Part shown: one piece after another, positions 26,371-31,103 of the stretch | Position numbering within the stretch: position 1 is the stretch's first letter | Layout of the letters: each line of letters opens with the position of its first letter | Program-made: the position numbers and the translations under genes | Notes under the pieces: model-generated | Databases searched by the model: none | What the model saw: the letters and a program-made list of their open reading frames with translations, nothing else | Told to the model about the DNA's origin: nothing | Source: an uncultured Aquificales bacterium | GTDB lineage: Bacteria > Thermosulfidibacterota > Thermosulfidibacteria > Thermosulfidibacterales > Thermosulfidibacteraceae | NCBI GenBank assembly: GCA_964453345.1 | Contig: CAYVOC010000018.1 | Location: forward strand, 1 to 31,103 | DNA: 31,103 nucleotides | Direction of reading: 5' to 3'

Positions 26371-26822
26371 TGATCCTCGGTATAGATCCGGGATACAGCT
26401 TGGGGTATGCCGTAGTAGATAACGGAAGGGTAAAGATACACGGAACCCTCAAAACAAGGGGCACCCCTCCCGAAAGGCTGGCAAGGATAAGGGATCTTGT
26501 CAACAGCCTGGTGGAGGAGTTCAAGGTAAGCATCATAGCCATTGAAACCGCCTTCCACGGCAAAAGCGTTCCCTCCCTCATTAAACTTGCAGAAACCAGG
26601 GGCGTGGTCCTGTCCGTTGCGGGGGAAAGGGGCATAGAGGTTGTGGAACTGCACCCATCCCGAATAAAAAGGGGGATAACGGGCAACGGAAGGGCAGACA
26701 AAAGGCAGGTGATCTACATGGTTGAAAAGATCACAGGGCTCAAAGAACTGAGCGAGCACGAAGCAGACGCCATAGCGGCGGCACTATGCGCATATGAAGA
26801 GGTGAAGCTATGCAGGAGATAG
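26370..26822 (+). CDS. ruvC: Crossover junction endodeoxyribonuclease RuvC
   Basis: ILGIDPG, IAIET, LAETRGV, TGNGRADKRQV, HEADAIAAA. yebC-ruvC adjacency. Confidence 0.96.
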   Translation: MILGIDPGYSLGYAVVDNGRVKIHGTLKTRGTPPERLARIRDLVNSLVEEFKVSIIAIETAFHGKSVPSLIKLAETRGVVLSVAGERGIEVVELHPSRIKRGITGNGRADKRQVIYMVEKITGLKELSEHEADAIAAALCAYEEVKLCRR

Positions 26823-27961
26823 ACTACACGGGCTGGAAGAGCCTGGCGGAGATTTTCGGGATAGACGATCCCTTTTTCAGAGCCACCCTGTTCATACCCG
26901 GCTACGACATATCCTCCAACATCTACGCCGTTAAACAGAACGGTGGCTGGACCATTATAGATCCCGGCAACGACTACACCGCCTACATCCAATTTTTTAA
27001 GGAGTTCGCTAAACCTGCGGACATCAAGCAGATACTCATAACCCACGGGCATCCAGAGCACGTCATGGGGATGATGGAGCTTTTAAGATACCCCTCCATC
27101 TACAGGGAAAAGCCCTTTGTGGTTTACATGCAGGAGAGCGGGCCGGAGGAGATGAAGAAGGTGCTAAAGGATCTGGGGGTGAAAACAAAATTCATCTACC
27201 ATCAGGACAAAATCGCCCTCGGCCCCTTTGAGCTGGAGGTGATCCACACCCCGGGGCACACCATGGACAGCGTCTGCTTCTTCCACAAAGAGACAAAATC
27301 CCTCTTTTCGGGCGACACCGTTCTCCCCTACGCCTTCGCAAGTGCGGATCCCGTGGCGGGAGGCAGGGAGGACTATCACCTGATGGCCCTCAAGCTCCTA
27401 ATGCAGTATTCCCCCAAGCACCTCCTTCCGGGACACGGCGCCCCCATAAGGGACAAAGCCATGGAGGTGATAAGGGGCAACTACGCTGCGGCCATCAAAA
27501 AGATGGTGGGAGAGGGAGTGCCCTGGATGGAGGCGGCGGCATACCTGGCCCAGAAGGGATACATGGAAGAGGCCCTCTTCTGCTGCGACGTTGAGTTAAG
27601 AGAACAGGACAATCCCTACGCCCTACAGCTCAAGGCCTCATGCCTGAACGATCTCGGCAGATACGATGAAGCCATAGAGATATTTGACAGGATGCTTGAG
27701 GAGAATCCCAGAAACGTGTTCGCCAACCTGGGTAAGGGGGTGGCCCTCATGGGCCTTGAGAGGTATGACGAGGCCATAAAATACTTCGACAAACTGCTCA
27801 AACTGAACCCCAACTTCAAGGAGGCCCAGGTTTACAAGGGCATGGCCCTATTCCTCTCGGGAAGGGTTGAGGAAGCCATGCAGATAGAGGGCTTCAAGCG
27901 GGAATTCACAGGAAAGCTAAAAGAGATTCTTGAAAAGAGAAAGAGGAGCGGAGGTGGATAA
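26810..27961 (+). CDS. MBL-fold hydrolase (glyoxalase II-like) fused to C-terminal TPR repeats
   Basis: SNIY, IIDPG, ITHGHPEH, HTPGHT, LFSGD and LLPGHG, followed by TPR units (LGRYDEAIEIFDRMLEENP, LERYDEAIKYFDKLLKLNP). Confidence 0.88.
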   Translation: MQEIDYTGWKSLAEIFGIDDPFFRATLFIPGYDISSNIYAVKQNGGWTIIDPGNDYTAYIQFFKEFAKPADIKQILITHGHPEHVMGMMELLRYPSIYREKPFVVYMQESGPEEMKKVLKDLGVKTKFIYHQDKIALGPFELEVIHTPGHTMDSVCFFHKETKSLFSGDTVLPYAFASADPVAGGREDYHLMALKLLMQYSPKHLLPGHGAPIRDKAMEVIRGNYAAAIKKMVGEGVPWMEAAAYLAQKGYMEEALFCCDVELREQDNPYALQLKASCLNDLGRYDEAIEIFDRMLEENPRNVFANLGKGVALMGLERYDEAIKYFDKLLKLNPNFKEAQVYKGMALFLSGRVEEAMQIEGFKREFTGKLKEILEKRKRSGGG

Positions 27962-28629
27962 TGGGCATATTTGATCTGTTCAGGAAGTCTCCCTTCGATC
28001 CCCTGCAGGAGATGATGGACAAGGTGGTGGAGTGCGCAGATCAGCTTGTTCCATTGTTCGAAGCCTTCTCCGAAGACAACAGGGAAGAGATGAAGCGTAT
28101 AATAGACCTCATCTCCCACCTTGAGCACGAGGCCGATCAGATAAAGAACAGGATCCGCAGCTCCCTTCCCAAGAGCATCTTCATGCCCGTCTCAAGAACG
28201 GATCTTCTGGAGATACTGGCCAATGAAGACGCCATAGCCGACGCAACCGAGGATGTTGCGGTTCTTTTAACCCTGAAGGAGTTAAAGGTATTTCCTGAAT
28301 TCAAGGACTGCATTCTCACCTTGGTGAAGAAGTCCTTAGAGGTGGTTCACCTCTCACACAAGGTGATAAAAGAGCTTGACATTCTGGCCGAAACCTCCTT
28401 TGAAGGACCCGGAGCCGCAAAGGTCATATCCATGATCGATGAGGTCTGCGACATGGAACACCACGTTGACGAGTTTCAGAGACAGGTCACCAAGAACTTC
28501 CTGAAGCACGAGGAGAAGTTCACCCCTGGAGAGCTGTGGCTCTGGCTGAAGATAGTCGCAAAAATAGGCGATGTCTCCAACTATGCGGAAAGGATGTGCA
28601 ACAGGGTAAGGCTCTTCCTCTCCAAGTAG
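27961..28629 (+). CDS. DUF47/TIGR00153 PhoU-like phosphate transport regulator
   Basis: LEHEADQIK, FMPVSRTDLL, DAIAD, MEHHVD, IGDVSNYAE. Directly upstream of PiT. Confidence 0.93.
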   Translation: MGIFDLFRKSPFDPLQEMMDKVVECADQLVPLFEAFSEDNREEMKRIIDLISHLEHEADQIKNRIRSSLPKSIFMPVSRTDLLEILANEDAIADATEDVAVLLTLKELKVFPEFKDCILTLVKKSLEVVHLSHKVIKELDILAETSFEGPGAAKVISMIDEVCDMEHHVDEFQRQVTKNFLKHEEKFTPGELWLWLKIVAKIGDVSNYAERMCNRVRLFLSK

Positions 28630-28648
28630 CCCCCAGGGAGGCATAACC

Positions 28649-29887
28649 ATGAACATGTATATAATCGGAGCCATAGCGCTGTTTGCAGGGCTCTACATGG
28701 CCTGGAACATCGGGGCAAACGATGTGGCCAACGCCATGGGAACATCCGTGGGATCAAAGGCCCTAACTTTGAAGAAGGCCATCATCGTTGCCGCCATCTT
28801 TGAGTTCAGCGGATCCTTCTTCGTCGGGAAGCATGTGACAAGCACCATCAGCAAGGGAATAGTGGATCCAAACCTCTTCAAATCCACCCCAAACGAGTTC
28901 ATCTTGGGGATGCTTGCAGCACTGATCGCCGCAGGCATATGGCTACAGCTGGCGACCTATCTGGGCTGGCCCGTATCAACCACCCACTCCATAGTGGGAG
29001 CCGTCGTGGGCTTCGGCATCGTCAGCCACGGATTATCGGCCATAGAATGGGGCAAGCTCTTCTCCATAGTGATGTCCTGGATAGTCTCCCCCATCATGGG
29101 CGGGATCATCGCCTTTTTCATGTTTCGCTGGATAACCAAAAAGATCCTGGCGACCGAATACCCGGCGAGGGCAACCGTAAAATACGCTCCCTATCTGGTA
29201 TCCTTGGTGGTCTTCATCATAGCGCTTTCGGTGGTATACAAGGGCCTCAGGCTCAACCTGCCCCTTTCCAAATCCATACTCCTTGCCCTCGCAATATCCG
29301 CCATCTCCTGGGTGATAGTAAAGTTCTTCGTGGTGGCGACCCCCACCATAGGGGAAAAGGGCCTAAAAGAAAGGCTCTTTGAGACGGAAGAGCTTTTCAA
29401 GATCCTGCAGGTGGTCACCGCATGTTACATGGCCTTTGCCCACGGCGCAAACGATGTGGCCAACGCAACGGGGCCCTTGGCGGGAATAATAACCACCATG
29501 ACCCAGGGAACGGTCACCTCAAAGGCCTACGTTCCCCAGTGGGTTCTGGCCTTAGGAGGAGTGGGAATCGTTGTGGGACTCGCCACATGGGGCTACAGGG
29601 TCATAGAGACCGTGGGCAAAAAGATCACCGACATAACCCCCTCAAGGGGCTTCTGTGCAGAGTTCGGCTGCGCCACAACCGTGCTCGTGTGCTCAAAGCT
29701 GGGGCTTCCCATCTCAACCACCCATACTCTTGTGGGATCGGTGATAGGTGTGGGAATGGCAAGGGGCATGGGCGCACTGAACCTGAAGGTCATAAGGCAG
29801 ATAATAAACTCCTGGATAATCACCATACCCTTCACAGCCGGGATCTGCGTCTTTCTATTCGCACTGCTCAAGGCGATCTTCCTATGA
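28649..29887 (+). CDS. pit: Inorganic phosphate transporter, PiT family
   Basis: Two PiT signatures (NIGANDVANAMG, AHGANDVANATG), PVSTTH and PISTTH, ITPSRGF. Polytopic membrane protein. GGAGG RBS. Confidence 0.97.
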   Translation: MNMYIIGAIALFAGLYMAWNIGANDVANAMGTSVGSKALTLKKAIIVAAIFEFSGSFFVGKHVTSTISKGIVDPNLFKSTPNEFILGMLAALIAAGIWLQLATYLGWPVSTTHSIVGAVVGFGIVSHGLSAIEWGKLFSIVMSWIVSPIMGGIIAFFMFRWITKKILATEYPARATVKYAPYLVSLVVFIIALSVVYKGLRLNLPLSKSILLALAISAISWVIVKFFVVATPTIGEKGLKERLFETEELFKILQVVTACYMAFAHGANDVANATGPLAGIITTMTQGTVTSKAYVPQWVLALGGVGIVVGLATWGYRVIETVGKKITDITPSRGFCAEFGCATTVLVCSKLGLPISTTHTLVGSVIGVGMARGMGALNLKVIRQIINSWIITIPFTAGICVFLFALLKAIFL

Positions 29888-31038
29888 AGATAAAGGTCAA
29901 ACCGGAAGACTTCAGGGTAAAGGAGATACTGGCAGAAGAGCTCAGAGAAGAGGGCGACTACGAAGTATACCTGCTCCACAAAAGGGGAACAAACACCTTA
30001 GACGCCATAGCCGACCTTGCAAGAAGGCTGAGGATCCGTCAGGACCAGATAAGCTACTGCGGACTGAAAGACAGACACGCAGAAACCTGGCAGTTCATAG
30101 CCATCCCAAGGGGCAAGGGGAAAGAGATAAGGGCCAAAAACTACGAAACCATCTTCAAGGGATACCTGGACGAACCCCTGAGTCCCTCCATGCTCAAGGA
30201 GAACCGGTTCGAGATAAGGGTGCGGGAGGTGGCCACACCCACGGAGCTTGTTCTCGCCGAGATAGAGGATGTCCAGCAACATGGATTCCCCAACTACTAC
30301 GATGTGCAGAGGTTCGGATCCGCAAGGCACGGCAAGGGCTTCGTAGCCCACAAGATCGTGCTCGGACAATACAAGCAGGCCCTAAGGCTACTATTAGCAA
30401 CCCCTTCCCCCTACGATGACGCAAAAACCAAGGCCTTCAGAAAATGCGTCAAGGAAAACTGGGGCGACTGGGAAAAGTGCATCCATCTCGCCCCAACCCC
30501 CTGGGAGAAAAAAATCTTAGAATTTCTATCCCGAAGGCAGCTCTCAAAAAAGACCTTGAAGATGTGCTTCGGAATGGTGCCCCCAAGGATGGTGGAATTC
30601 CTGGTCAACTCCTTCCAGTCCCTTATATGGAACAGGGTAACGGCAAAACTCGTTGAGGAAGAAGTGCCCCCCGAAAGGCTGATCAGGGTGAGATACATGT
30701 ATGGGCACTTCGTCTTTTACAGACAGACCCCCTGGAATCCCCCGTGCAGAGAGCTGCCCTTCCCCAGCCCCAGAATACAGCTTGAGCCGGAGATAGCAGA
30801 CCCCTACAACCAGGTCCTCAAAGAGCTGGGGATTGAGGGAATAGACAAGCTGAGAACAACCGTGAAGGGCTGGCTCTTCAAAAGCCACAGAAGAGAGCTA
30901 AAAATCGTCCCATCCCTCCAGTATCAAAACCGGTGGGATCCGGAGCATCCGGGTAAACAAATATGGGAGCTTGAATTCGCCCTCCCCCCCGGAGCCTACG
31001 CAACCATCCTCATAAGGAGGATCTTCTGGAAGGGGTAA
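29884..31038 (+). CDS. truD: tRNA pseudouridine(13) synthase TruD
   Basis: True start is ATG 29884 (ATGA overlap with pit): MKIKVKPEDFRVKE, GLKDRHAETWQ (catalytic Asp), NRFEIRVR, FPNYYDVQRFG, FALPPGAYAT. Confidence 0.96.
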   Translation: MKIKVKPEDFRVKEILAEELREEGDYEVYLLHKRGTNTLDAIADLARRLRIRQDQISYCGLKDRHAETWQFIAIPRGKGKEIRAKNYETIFKGYLDEPLSPSMLKENRFEIRVREVATPTELVLAEIEDVQQHGFPNYYDVQRFGSARHGKGFVAHKIVLGQYKQALRLLLATPSPYDDAKTKAFRKCVKENWGDWEKCIHLAPTPWEKKILEFLSRRQLSKKTLKMCFGMVPPRMVEFLVNSFQSLIWNRVTAKLVEEEVPPERLIRVRYMYGHFVFYRQTPWNPPCRELPFPSPRIQLEPEIADPYNQVLKELGIEGIDKLRTTVKGWLFKSHRRELKIVPSLQYQNRWDPEHPGKQIWELEFALPPGAYATILIRRIFWKG

Positions 31039-31064
31039 AGTTGCACTGCAACCCCTATGTGCAA
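31031..31064. terminator. Nested inverted repeats after truD; possible terminator between convergent genes
   Basis: AGGGGT (31031-36)/ACCCCT (31051-56), GTTGCA-C-TGCAAC (31040-52), TTGCAC (31041-46)/GTGCAA (31059-64). No U-tract, so not a classical intrinsic terminator. Confidence 0.3.
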
Positions 31065-31103
31065 TTACGCCCCAAGCACCTCCGGATTCAGCGCCTCCAA
31101 GTA
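31065..31103 (-). CDS. Possible 3' end of a convergent gene running off the window
   Basis: Minus strand reads ...YLEALNPEVLGA-TAA. Only 13 codons are visible. Confidence 0.35.
   Translation of the reverse strand, partial: YLEALNPEVLGA

Noticed and set aside
26750..26775. RuvC has His at the position of E. coli Asp138 (HEAD instead of DAAD)
   Set aside because: His at this position is known in active RuvC from Thermus thermophilus, so it does not indicate inactivation.
29422..29883. 154-aa N-terminal extension of TruD in the ORF track, suggesting a fusion or frameshift
   Set aside because: It lies within pit in another frame and is low-complexity Arg/Gly/His-rich. TruD homology starts at ATG 29884.
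1..31103. tRNA, rRNA, CRISPR array, IS or prophage
   Set aside because: No intergenic space above about 110 nt, no regularly spaced repeats, and no transposase, integrase or phage proteins recognised by eye.

Overview
Gene-dense chromosomal window from a diderm (Gram-negative) bacterium, probably a thermophile (inferred from purine-rich coding strands and heavy use of AGA/AGG and ATA codons). Two short minus-strand genes at the left end encode an exported phospholipase-D-family nuclease and a membrane-anchored OB-fold-like protein. They diverge from an unbroken ~30 kb plus-strand run of 27 mostly overlapping genes: rplI, dnaB, lolA, RDD protein, lptF, lptG, radical SAM, hisIE, xseB, ispA, dxs, MBL hydrolase, rpmH (missing from the ORF track), rnpA, yidD, yidC, mnmE, radC, GT9, AsmA-like protein, large NAD-glutamate dehydrogenase, Trm14-like THUMP methyltransferase, yebC, ruvC, MBL-TPR fusion, DUF47 and PiT, closing with truD as the 28th gene. 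I saw no tRNA, rRNA, CRISPR array, intein, transposase or clear pseudogene. The window is mostly housekeeping, and I cannot demonstrate a novel system. The best candidates for follow-up are the PLD nuclease/OB-fold pair, the HxHxEH MBL-TPR fusion coupled to DUF47-PiT, an archaeal-looking Trm14, a long dnaB/lolA overlap, and a recurring GGGGTAA...ACCCC intergenic palindrome. All family assignments are from motif recognition by eye, not from database searches.
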